A stretch of DNA of 64,000 nucleotides. It comes from Sphingomonas sp. Lineage in GTDB: Bacteria > Pseudomonadota > Alphaproteobacteria > Sphingomonadales > Sphingomonadaceae. Positions 47,583-56,668 of the stretch are shown one piece after another (the first letter of the stretch is position 1; each line of letters opens with the position of its first letter). The DNA is taken from the NCBI RefSeq assembly GCF_030145815.1, contig NZ_JAIXHL010000011.1:62562-126561 (forward strand), given 5' to 3'. Below the pieces are notes generated by a model. The model saw only the letters and a list, made by a program, of their open reading frames with translations, was not told the origin of the DNA and did no database searches. Made by a program: the position numbers and the translations under genes.

Positions 47583-49405
47583 GCGTCCTCCAAGATGAGG
47601 GTTGTGACCGTGCCAGCCTCAACTCGCTGCACTTTGACGGGCGCGTCGCTTTCACGATCGAAAAGCGCGCGAGCGAGCGGATTTATCAGGTGAGCCTCAA
47701 TCTGATTACGGATGCCGCGACCGCCGTTCGAGAGGTCCGCGGTGCACAGATGCCGAAGCGCGTCCCACGCTTCGGACGACAGCGTCACGCGGTGGCCCGA
47801 TGACTCAGCGTCTGCCAGCACCGAGCGCACCATCGATGCGAAAATCTCCTCGGCCACCGCCGGGCGGATGAAATCGAAGACGATTACGTTCTCGCCGAAC
47901 CGGTTGAGGATCTCGGGGCGGTTGAGAACCAGCTTGAAGTGATTGCCGATCTCAGCGCGCACGCGTGAACGGACCTCCTCGAAGGGTTGGTCCGGCGTGA
48001 CATTCGCTTTCCTACTGCCATCCGGCGCAGTCGAGTAGATGCCAAGGTTCGACGTGAAGATGATCAGGGCCTCGGAAAAATAGACCCGGTCACCACGGCC
48101 CGAGGTCAGCACCCCGTCGTCCAGGATCTGTAAAAACTTGTCGAGAATGCGCGGATGAGCTTTTTCGATCTCGTCGAAGAGCACGACGGCGAAAGGGCGC
48201 TCGCGCACGGCGTTCGTAAGCTCACCACCTGCGTCATAACCGACATAGCCCGGCGGCGCGCCGATGAGCCGCTGGTCAGCGTGCTCGGCGCTGAACTCGG
48301 ACATGTCGAAGCGGATGTATGCGCTCTCGTCCCCGAAAAGCAGCTCAGTTACGGTCTTGGCGAGTTCGGTCTTACCCACGCCGGTAGGTCCGGCAAGAAA
48401 CGCGATACCACGTGGCCGGCCGCCGCGTCGGCCGCCGCCTATCCCCGTAGCCGCTCGCTTGACGATATCCAGCATGTGAACAACGGCATGATCCTGCCCG
48501 ACGACGCGGCGCCTTATTGCTTCAGCCCCACCGCGGATCCTTTCACGCTCAATCTTGCGCCAGGCGTCCTCAGTGACGCCCACCTTGTAGCGCCTGACAG
48601 CCTCCCCAACATCCTGCACCTGGACGCCTTCTGTTCGGGCGAGTTGGGCGACAGCACTTAAATCAACCAGCAACATGCCCTCGGTGGCATCGACCAAGTC
48701 TGCCACGGCGGCATCGACCACCGCCTTTTCGGCTTCGCGCGCACCCGGCATGCCGCGCACGAGCGATGGCGCGACGGCGCCGCGGGCCGCTCGATCAGGC
48801 GGCGCAATCGGGATGTGACGGAGCCGCGGATTCTCAATCGTGAGCCAATCGGGAAGGTCCCCCTCCCTTTCAGCGACCCAGACAATGCAATTGTAGCGAG
48901 GCGCGCGGTCGGGCCCCACGGGCTGGGCCTGGGCCGATTGGCTCAGCACGAGCGCGCGGGTGAACAGCGCTTGCTCTTGCGGCGATAGCGCATCGTTTCG
49001 AACCACGAGACGCGAAGCGAAGTCAGCAACTAAGGCGATCGGCGCTCCGTCGAGCGCGACGAGTCGCTCGAGCGTGACCCCGAAGAGATCGGTGCCGGCT
49101 AGAGCTCGGCCATTGGCTGGGGTCAGGCCGAGCCTGGCGAGAATGCCATCGGCATCCGCAGGCGATCCATCTGGACGCGGCAGCACCGTGCAGCCCCCGA
49201 CAGGGTCGTAGCGAACGACGCCTGCGTATCCTGCATCGTAAAGCGTGGCCGCTAGAACGTCAGAGAGCGGTGCGGCAACGGCCACGCCGCCTATATCGCG
49301 AATCTGCAGGTCTCTGATGTTGCCGGTGAGCAAAAACTGGCTCTTGAGCGGAAGGAACCGGGTCAGGTCGCGAACCCAACGCGGCCGCACGTCTTTTTCC
49401 CCCAC
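47579..49405 (-). CDS. Clp/Hsp100-type AAA+ ATPase with one intact NBD2 and a degenerate N-terminal module
   Basis: VVGQDHA, FLAGPTGVGKTELAK, RFDMSEF, LIGAPPGYVGY, VLFDEIEKAHP, LQILDDG.LT, IFTSN, RPEILNR. GTG 49405 has a GGGGGA RBS (ORF opens at 49435). Confidence 0.9.
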   Translation of the reverse strand: MGEKDVRPRWVRDLTRFLPLKSQFLLTGNIRDLQIRDIGGVAVAAPLSDVLAATLYDAGYAGVVRYDPVGGCTVLPRPDGSPADADGILARLGLTPANGRALAGTDLFGVTLERLVALDGAPIALVADFASRLVVRNDALSPQEQALFTRALVLSQSAQAQPVGPDRAPRYNCIVWVAEREGDLPDWLTIENPRLRHIPIAPPDRAARGAVAPSLVRGMPGAREAEKAVVDAAVADLVDATEGMLLVDLSAVAQLARTEGVQVQDVGEAVRRYKVGVTEDAWRKIERERIRGGAEAIRRRVVGQDHAVVHMLDIVKRAATGIGGGRRGGRPRGIAFLAGPTGVGKTELAKTVTELLFGDESAYIRFDMSEFSAEHADQRLIGAPPGYVGYDAGGELTNAVRERPFAVVLFDEIEKAHPRILDKFLQILDDGVLTSGRGDRVYFSEALIIFTSNLGIYSTAPDGSRKANVTPDQPFEEVRSRVRAEIGNHFKLVLNRPEILNRFGENVIVFDFIRPAVAEEIFASMVRSVLADAESSGHRVTLSSEAWDALRHLCTADLSNGGRGIRNQIEAHLINPLARALFDRESDAPVKVQRVEAGTVTTLILEDA

Positions 49406-49575
49406 CGCTGCAATCCCCCGTTCCGGATGACGCACCTTCCCAACGGTGCGCCGCAGCCCAGACTATCGGGTCGGCGGCTTAACACAATGCTGCCACCCGC
49501 CTGTTGCCCATAATGGTCCAGTTCGGCACTTTGCAAACTAGGCCGTTCGGGTATCGCGGCTGGGGGGAGAGCGCA

Positions 49576-50277
49576 TTGAGAAAGCCCGTTAGGATCAACA
49601 GGGCGTCTAGCCATCAGCCGACGCCGGCAAGACCCATAACAACTCAGGCGAGGACCACCGGGCCAGCGCAGCAGAATTCTGCTTTCGGCAGGGGATGTGG
49701 CGTGGTGATCGCGATAGTCGTTGCCCTCTTCCTTATCGGGAAGTGCACATCCGGTTCTTCCGACGCGCCCAGCAACTCGACGCAAGCGGCACTTTCTGAA
49801 CCGGCCTATGTCTCAGCGCGAAGCCTAAACTGTCGACGCGAACCTGACGCTTCGGCGGCCGTATCGGAGGGGCTAGCACGGAATGATCAAGTCATTGTTG
49901 CAGAACGGCGCGGCGACTGGGCGCGACTCACACGAGGCGGCGGCGATTGCTGGGTATTCAACTCGTTCCTCGCCTCCGCGCCCAGCGATGCTTCGACATC
50001 ATCGGACTCATCGCCGCCTCAAGCCCAGGGACTCATGTCTTCCGGAGCTGGTGCCACCGTCGCGGCCGCTGGTGCGAGCTACGTTGCAGGAAAAACGGTA
50101 AAGTCCAGCCGCAAGCATGCCTTATCCAAGCGGCGCGGATCTTCGCGGAGCCGACGAGGCTCGCGAGGCAGCTTCTACGGTTCGGGCTGTCCATGCTCAG
50201 GATCCCAGGTCTGCATCGGGCCACGGGGCGGCCGTTATTGCATTACGAGCGGCGGCAACAAACGGTATGGCGTCTAA
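49576..50277 (+). CDS. Membrane-anchored SH3b-domain protein with basic Cys-rich C-terminal tail
   Basis: TM; YVSARSLNCRREPD....V...L...D.V......GDW......GDCWV (SH3b); tail CPCSGSQVCIGPRGGRYCITSGGNKRY. TTG 49576 follows a GGGGGGAG RBS. Confidence 0.75.
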   Translation: MRKPVRINRASSHQPTPARPITTQARTTGPAQQNSAFGRGCGVVIAIVVALFLIGKCTSGSSDAPSNSTQAALSEPAYVSARSLNCRREPDASAAVSEGLARNDQVIVAERRGDWARLTRGGGDCWVFNSFLASAPSDASTSSDSSPPQAQGLMSSGAGATVAAAGASYVAGKTVKSSRKHALSKRRGSSRSRRGSRGSFYGSGCPCSGSQVCIGPRGGRYCITSGGNKRYGV

Positions 50278-50567
50278 GGTTACCGGTGACGCGACTACGG
50301 CGGCCGCCCGTTTCACACATTGAGCTGTTACCAATCGCCGATGTGCAGATAGGCTAAAGCCAGCGTGGGACGTCTTGAGACAGTCTGCCGTCGGCAAAGC
50401 GTCCCAAAAGCGGTCGCTTCGGAGGAAGCGAAGCGCTCCTGTAAGCTGCTGTTCAAGAGACCTGCCGCGCTTCGCTGAGCGCAAGAGCGCTTCCCGCCGC
50501 GACGGGCGAAACCCTGCTTGCGTCCGTCACCAGACCCGATCAGTCTGGCATGAAAAGGGGAGGGGAC

Positions 50568-53228
50568 ATGGCCAAGGATCTAATGGGTTGGGCTGCCGAG
50601 CAGCCCGACTGGGTGAAGGACAGCCTGCGGCGGATCGCCGTCGCGGCGGACCATTCGATCGAGCAGGCGGATGTCGATTGCATCCTCGACAACGTGCGCG
50701 CCGCGGCCGGGGCAGGCTCGACCGTCCACCCCATGACAGCCATCGACGCCTCCCATCTCGGAGGCGGCTCGAGAGAGGCGCGGCGGACGGTGCTGGCGCA
50801 GCTTGGTCCCGTGCAGAACATCGACCGCCTTGCCGGTGGCCAAAAGCTGCGCATGGCCGGTGTGGGCATCACGCTGATTTACGGGGAAAACGGGAGCGGA
50901 AAGAGCGGATACACCCGCATCGCTAAGCGACTTTGCCGGAGCCTGACCTCGGACCAACTACGGGGGAACGTGTTCGACGCCGGCGGCGGGTCGATGCGGG
51001 TGCAGGTGCGCTACCAAGTCGGCGACGACGCGGTGACTGAGATCGATTGGGATCCCGCAACGCCACCTCCCTCGCAGCTCCGTCAGATCTCGGTCTTCGA
51101 CAGCCACAACGCCCGGCTCTACGTAGATAGTGGTAACCGGATTGCCTACCTGCCGCGCGAGCTCGCGATCCTCGAGCACCACGGCGAGCTATGCCAACGG
51201 ATGGCAACGAGATTCTCGGCGGACGAGAAGGCGCTCGCCCTGCGGCTGCGGATCGCGCTGCCGGCCGGCTACACCCCAGGTAGCGCGGTCACGCTGACCC
51301 TCGCCAAGCTGGATCCGAAAGCCCCCTCGCTGCCTACCGAGGACGAGATCCGCAGCCTGTCCGAGCTGAGCGAGCCGGAGCTCGCCGAACTCGCCCGGCT
51401 CGAAGCCGAGCTCGTCGCCGATCCGGTCGCGCTTGCGGCGACCCGCCGCCGCGCCATCACCGTGATGAAGCGCGTGGGCGAGGTGCTGGCCACCCTCCGG
51501 GACGGTCTCTCGGACAGGGTCGGTGAGATCATTGCGTCGGCTCGGCGCGAGCTGACCCAGGCGGTCGAGGCGGAGAGGATCGCGGCGACCGCCAGTTTCA
51601 CAGGCGAGCCCATCGCGAACGTCGGCGGCGAGGCCTGGCGGGTCCTGTTCGAGGCGGCGCGCCGGTTCGTGGCCGCCGGCCTAGAACCCGCGCCCGCGCG
51701 TCTGCCCGAGGCGACGGGCGACCTGTGCGTCCTGTGCCTCGAGCCACTCACCCCAACGGGCTCGGCCCGGCTGGCCCGGTTCAACGACTTCGTCAGTGGC
51801 GAGGCCACGAAGCGCGCCGACGGCGCGCGCGACGCCCTCAAGGTGCTCCTAGCGCAGGTCGAGCACGTTAAGGTGCCGGAGGCATCCGTGGTCGAGGAGA
51901 CCCTCGCCGGATACGGCCAGCTCGATGCGACCCGGGCCATGACCGTTGCCGACATTCTGAAGGCGCTGGCCGGGTTCGAGGCGAGGCGCGCCGCACTGCT
52001 GGACGAGACGGCGACGCCTGCACCGGCGACGGACGTAACCGCGCTCGTGGAGACGGTCGCGGCGGAACTCACGCGCCTTGAGGACGAGGCCGCCTCGCTC
52101 CAGCGACGCGCCTCGCACACCGAGGTGCTGGACGCCAAGCGGACGCGGCTTGCCGAACTCAAGGACCGGGCGAAGCTCGCCAATGATCTGGAGACGGTTC
52201 TGCAGCGCCTGCGGGACGTCACGGAGCAACGGTCGCTGACGGGATGCCAAGCCCAGGTGGCGACACGGTCGATCTCGACACAGATCACCGCCCTGCGCAA
52301 GCATCTCGTCACCGAGGAGCTCGAACGGAGGATCGCGGAGGAGATCGCCGCGCTCGACCTCACCCATCTCCCGTTCAAGGTCAGCGACTCCAGTTCGGGT
52401 GGCAAGAGCCTGTTTTCGGTCGGCCTGCACGGTGCCGGCGCGGTGAAGAACAACCAGGTGCTTTCAGAGGGCGAGCAGCGGGCGCTCGCGCTCGCCTGCT
52501 TCCTCGCCGAGATCGGAGGCGACGACGCGCGCTACGGCATCATCGTTGACGACCCCGTCTCCTCGCTCGACCACCTGCGCATCCGCAAGGTCGCGCACCG
52601 TCTCGTCGCCGAGGCGAAGAAGGGCCGGCAGGTCATCATCTTCACGCACAACCTGGTGTTCTTTAACGAGGTCGTGTCGGAGGCGGCCAGGGCAGGGGAC
52701 GCCGCGCCGCTGGTCAAGTCGGTCGTCGCCAAGACCCAGTCCGAGGGCTTCGGCGTGATCCGCGAGAACCGCGAGCCATGGGTGGCCGACCTCAATGCAC
52801 GAATCGACACGTTGCGAACGCGCGCGAAGGAACTCAAGGTCGTGACCGACTTCGACACGGATGAATACCGGCGGCAGGCGAAGGACTTCTACTCGGACCT
52901 GCGCGAATCCTGGGAACGGGCGGTCGAGGAGGTCGTCTTCGCGAAGACGGTCGTAAGGTTCGTGCCGGATGTCATGACGGGCAGGCTCAAGGAGGTTACC
53001 GTCACCGACGATGACTATCGGACAATCTTCTTTGCAATGAAGCGAGCGTCGGAACGCTCAGGCCACGACATGTCGGCCGGCCGGAACCTCCCGCAGCCAT
53101 CCCCTGACGAGATGGAAGCCGATCTCAAGGTGCTCGACGACTTCAGGATAGCGCTCGGCAAGCGGCGGAAGGCGACGTGCGCAGCGCGTTCCGCCCTCGA
53201 GAATCCGGTCGGCGCGACGCTGCTCTAG
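50568..53228 (+). CDS. Rad50/RloC-like ABC ATPase with zinc hook and putative HEPN-like C-terminus
   Basis: IYGENGSGKS (Walker A), CVLC at the coil apex, LSEGEQRALALA signature, IIVDDPVSSLD, IIFTHN; ~150-aa extra C-terminal domain with RASERSGH. Confidence 0.75.
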   Translation: MAKDLMGWAAEQPDWVKDSLRRIAVAADHSIEQADVDCILDNVRAAAGAGSTVHPMTAIDASHLGGGSREARRTVLAQLGPVQNIDRLAGGQKLRMAGVGITLIYGENGSGKSGYTRIAKRLCRSLTSDQLRGNVFDAGGGSMRVQVRYQVGDDAVTEIDWDPATPPPSQLRQISVFDSHNARLYVDSGNRIAYLPRELAILEHHGELCQRMATRFSADEKALALRLRIALPAGYTPGSAVTLTLAKLDPKAPSLPTEDEIRSLSELSEPELAELARLEAELVADPVALAATRRRAITVMKRVGEVLATLRDGLSDRVGEIIASARRELTQAVEAERIAATASFTGEPIANVGGEAWRVLFEAARRFVAAGLEPAPARLPEATGDLCVLCLEPLTPTGSARLARFNDFVSGEATKRADGARDALKVLLAQVEHVKVPEASVVEETLAGYGQLDATRAMTVADILKALAGFEARRAALLDETATPAPATDVTALVETVAAELTRLEDEAASLQRRASHTEVLDAKRTRLAELKDRAKLANDLETVLQRLRDVTEQRSLTGCQAQVATRSISTQITALRKHLVTEELERRIAEEIAALDLTHLPFKVSDSSSGGKSLFSVGLHGAGAVKNNQVLSEGEQRALALACFLAEIGGDDARYGIIVDDPVSSLDHLRIRKVAHRLVAEAKKGRQVIIFTHNLVFFNEVVSEAARAGDAAPLVKSVVAKTQSEGFGVIRENREPWVADLNARIDTLRTRAKELKVVTDFDTDEYRRQAKDFYSDLRESWERAVEEVVFAKTVVRFVPDVMTGRLKEVTVTDDDYRTIFFAMKRASERSGHDMSAGRNLPQPSPDEMEADLKVLDDFRIALGKRRKATCAARSALENPVGATLL

Positions 53229-56200
53229 GCGAGCCTGATTTCCGAACATCCCTCCCTGCCAAGCACCTCCTTGGCGATTGCCGCCAAGTGCTCGTGGTGC
53301 GTGAAGAACAGGACCTGAGTTGATCTCGACAGCTCCGCAAGCACGCGAAATCCCGCGCGCGAACGATCGTCGTCGAAGTTCACGAAGAGGTCGTCGGCCA
53401 AGAAGGGGAGCCGCACGCCAGCGCCCACAGACTGTTCTAGCGCCGCGATACGCAGCGACAGGAACAACTGATCAGTCGTTCCTTCGCTCATCTGTCCCAC
53501 TTCCACGACCGTCTTGCCGTCTTCGCAAAGGCCGATCAGTCTGGGCGTCGCGTCCTGCATGTCGGCATCCAGGCCTTTGTAGCGGCCCAGCGTCAGCGTC
53601 TCGAAGATCGTGCTCGCTCGAGCGAGCAGCGGATCCTGGTGCTTCTTGCGATACTTTTCGATTGCCCACCGCAGCATGACGGCCTGGGTGCGCTTCATCA
53701 GATAGGCGTCCGCCTGCACCGCCATCTCTGCACGTGCCGCCTCGGCGTCCGCTTGCGCGTCTGCGGCTGAGTGGCCGTCGACGTCGAGGTCATCGAACCT
53801 GCGGCGCGCGTCGCCGTAGGTTCTGGCTGCATCGGAGATGGTGTCGTCGAGCGCGTCGGCCTCGCCGCTGGCCTGCTCCCTGCGCGATGCGATCTCGTCG
53901 GGCGTGGTCTCGGCGAGCGCTTCAAGTAGCTGTTCAAGTCCGTATCCGTCACCCTTGGCGACGATCTCCATTTCCAGTTCGCGAACCTTGGCACGCAAAG
54001 CGCGCACCTGCGCTGATGCGTCGAGGCGGTCCGAGAGGAGGTCCGTGTCCTCGATCGCGAGTTGCTTCATGACTTCCCCGAGGCCGCTTCTGGCCGCTTC
54101 TGACTTTGCGGCGGCCTCGCCCTCTTCGGCCGATCGGCGCAACACCTCGGCCTTGAGCTCCCGAGCTCGCGCCTCGGAGGCCCGGGCCTTCGAAAGACGA
54201 CTTTTCAGGACGTCGAGCGGGTCGCTGCCGCCTGGAGCGCAGTCGAGCCTGGCCGCAAGCTCCGCCACGGCGGACTTGAAGACGTTCGCGTCGCGCTCGA
54301 TGCCGACGACACGGGTTCGAAGGGTGGCCTGCTCCTCGGAAGCGCTACGAAGCTCGTCGATGATGTCGAAGCGCAGGTCGGCACCTTCGACCGGCAGATC
54401 GACCCCGGCGCGCTCCGACACGGCCTTCCAGGCCCTAAGGCCCTTCTGCTCCCCCCCCTTGTGGGAGGCAATCGACTTGGTGAGGGCGTCCGCCTCGTCG
54501 ACAAGCCTCGCGATCTCCTGTTCGAGTTCCCTTCTCGCGAGCGCCTGCTCCTCGCGTATCTCCCGCGCGGCTTCCGCTGCGGTGAGGATCGGCACGATCA
54601 CTGGATTCGTCGGAGTTTCGATGTCCAGAGCCCGACATAGCGCCGTCAACGCATCGCGCCGGCGAGATTGCGCACGTGCGAGTTCGCCTTCGGCGCCGGC
54701 TACGGCTTCGAATGCCTCGATCGCGTCGGTGCGAGCCGCGTGCCACGCGGCCAACGGGAGCGGCGCAAGAAGTGGAAGCCCCGCCCGCGCGAGACGGTCG
54801 TCCCATTCACGTCTGAATTCGCTCAGAGCTGCCTCAGCCTCGGTCACGGCGCGGCCGGCTTGCTTTGACTCCAAGTGAAGCCGATTGCGCACGTCGACCA
54901 TCTCCGCGAGGCGGCCGGATACCTCGGCAGACGAATAGCGCCTATCGGCGAGCGCGTCCGCCTTCTCGACGAGATCGCCGTATGCGGCTGCTCGCCGTCG
55001 GCCGTCCTCAATCACGGATCCGGCCGTTAGTCCCTCCCGGATGAAATCCCAATCCGCGTCCCGGACCCGCCTGGCAGCTGCGAGCGCCTCCATCGTTACC
55101 GCTCCCTCCGAGGCGCTTCCGCTTTCAATCTGATGCGAGAGGGTCTCGACCTCGTTCCGAAGCCGTGTGGCAGTGGTGGACGCCTTCTTAAGCTCGGCCT
55201 CCAATTCCGCGAAGCAATCCTGCCCCTGCTGCAGTTCTGCGTCCGATAGCGAAGGTAGCCCGAGCAGGTCGATGGCCGATCCGCTCCAAGGCTTCAGTTG
55301 GGCGAGCAGCGCATCCCGCCGGGCAGCGGTCCGATTTAAGGTTTCGGCTGCCGCGTCGCAGCGGTCGTCGAAGTCGGCACCAAGCTGCCGGGCCGCACTG
55401 ACCGCGGAGACGAGCGTGGTCAGGGCCGCGTCCGCGGGCAGCTCGGTGAGCCTTTGCTCCAGGCGCGCGAGTCGGGAGCGAACGTCCCCGAGGTTCCATT
55501 CAGCCTGGTCGGCAGCTGCGCGCGCGGACACGATGCCGTTCAGGACATGCCGGAGCTCGGTCACCTGAGTGCGTGTTGGCACAACCGCAACCGCGGATCC
55601 GAATTCCTTTTGAAGGTTGCTCACCTGAAATTCGAGCTGCTCATGCTTCGCGGCGAGTCTGGGCAGATCTTCAGCGGCCTTGGTCTCGGCTCCGCGCCGT
55701 TCGAAAAGCCGTTCGATCTGTTCCGAGGCGTCGAGCACCGGGTCACGGAGATCGACGGCGCATATTCGCTCTTCGGCCTCCGACAAGAGCCGTTTCGCCA
55801 TAGTGCGATCGCGTTCCGCCCGTTCGAGTGCGCCAAGGCACTCTCGTGCTTGGGCCTCGATCTGCTCGCCGACGACGATGACGTCAGCGAGCTCGCCAAG
55901 CTCCTGCAACGTTCGGGCGCGAGCTTCGACCAGACTGGCGACGCCCCGGAGGCGATCGAGGGAGCGCAGCTCCTGCTTCAGTGCCAGCCGCTCGTTCTCA
56001 AGCTCCTTCAGTGCCGCGTTAGCTTCTTCTAAGGCTGCGCGCGCATCCGACCACGCCTTCGGCTTGAGACTGGCGTCTCGAACCGTGCGGAGGCTGGCTT
56101 CTAGGTTGCGCTCGGCGGCGGTGTAGGTGCGGCTGGCCTTGGCACGCTTGCCCCAGATGCCGTCAGCATCGTCCTCGAGCGTGGCCAGCACCGAGGCGAC

Positions 56201-56668
56201 GGCGGTCAGGTTCGATCCCGCGGCGAAGAGCGCCTGCCCGGCGTCGTCCTTCGCCTTCACCATCGCTTCGCCGCCTTCGCGCAGCGCGCTCTGATCAAGG
56301 CTGAAGGATCGGCCGAACGTCTCCCTCGTCTGACCGCGCAGCATGCCGAGAAGTGGCGCCTCGTCCATCGGTTTGTCGTCGGCATCGACCAGCGTCCCGC
56401 TGCCGCCCTTTCGTCTGCGGACGGCGGTCTGTCGGTCATCCTCCTCCAAGAGGGCGCCAATGCGAAGCAGGGGGTAGTCGAAGCGGAAGTTGTAGCGCGA
56501 CCGCATGGGAATGCCGAACAGAAGATCTGTCACCGCGGCCATCGACGTGCTCTTGCCGGCCTCGTTCGCGCCGTAAATGAGATGGAGGTCAGAAGCGCCC
56601 GAGCGAAACTCGAGGACGCGATCCTCGAAGTGGCCATACTTCTCCAGACTCAGCTTGGCGAACCGCAT
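53225..56668 (-). CDS. YhaN-like (AAA_27) SMC/Rad50-type ATPase
   Basis: IYGANEAGKST, long coiled coil, MSEGTTDQLFLSLRIA, PFLADDLFVNFDDDR, VLFFTHH. Confidence 0.9.
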   Translation of the reverse strand: MRFAKLSLEKYGHFEDRVLEFRSGASDLHLIYGANEAGKSTSMAAVTDLLFGIPMRSRYNFRFDYPLLRIGALLEEDDRQTAVRRRKGGSGTLVDADDKPMDEAPLLGMLRGQTRETFGRSFSLDQSALREGGEAMVKAKDDAGQALFAAGSNLTAVASVLATLEDDADGIWGKRAKASRTYTAAERNLEASLRTVRDASLKPKAWSDARAALEEANAALKELENERLALKQELRSLDRLRGVASLVEARARTLQELGELADVIVVGEQIEAQARECLGALERAERDRTMAKRLLSEAEERICAVDLRDPVLDASEQIERLFERRGAETKAAEDLPRLAAKHEQLEFQVSNLQKEFGSAVAVVPTRTQVTELRHVLNGIVSARAAADQAEWNLGDVRSRLARLEQRLTELPADAALTTLVSAVSAARQLGADFDDRCDAAAETLNRTAARRDALLAQLKPWSGSAIDLLGLPSLSDAELQQGQDCFAELEAELKKASTTATRLRNEVETLSHQIESGSASEGAVTMEALAAARRVRDADWDFIREGLTAGSVIEDGRRRAAAYGDLVEKADALADRRYSSAEVSGRLAEMVDVRNRLHLESKQAGRAVTEAEAALSEFRREWDDRLARAGLPLLAPLPLAAWHAARTDAIEAFEAVAGAEGELARAQSRRRDALTALCRALDIETPTNPVIVPILTAAEAAREIREEQALARRELEQEIARLVDEADALTKSIASHKGGEQKGLRAWKAVSERAGVDLPVEGADLRFDIIDELRSASEEQATLRTRVVGIERDANVFKSAVAELAARLDCAPGGSDPLDVLKSRLSKARASEARARELKAEVLRRSAEEGEAAAKSEAARSGLGEVMKQLAIEDTDLLSDRLDASAQVRALRAKVRELEMEIVAKGDGYGLEQLLEALAETTPDEIASRREQASGEADALDDTISDAARTYGDARRRFDDLDVDGHSAADAQADAEAARAEMAVQADAYLMKRTQAVMLRWAIEKYRKKHQDPLLARASTIFETLTLGRYKGLDADMQDATPRLIGLCEDGKTVVEVGQMSEGTTDQLFLSLRIAALEQSVGAGVRLPFLADDLFVNFDDDRSRAGFRVLAELSRSTQVLFFTHHEHLAAIAKEVLGREGCSEIRLA

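Noticed and set aside
47579-49405. Calling this gene clpB or clpA
   Set aside because: No N-domain, no intact NBD1, no M-domain and no IGF loop; only NBD2 matches.
51269-54878. 394-aa and 346-aa Ser/Ala/Arg-rich ORFs
   Set aside because: Antisense shadows of the coiled-coil regions of the two SMC-like ATPases.
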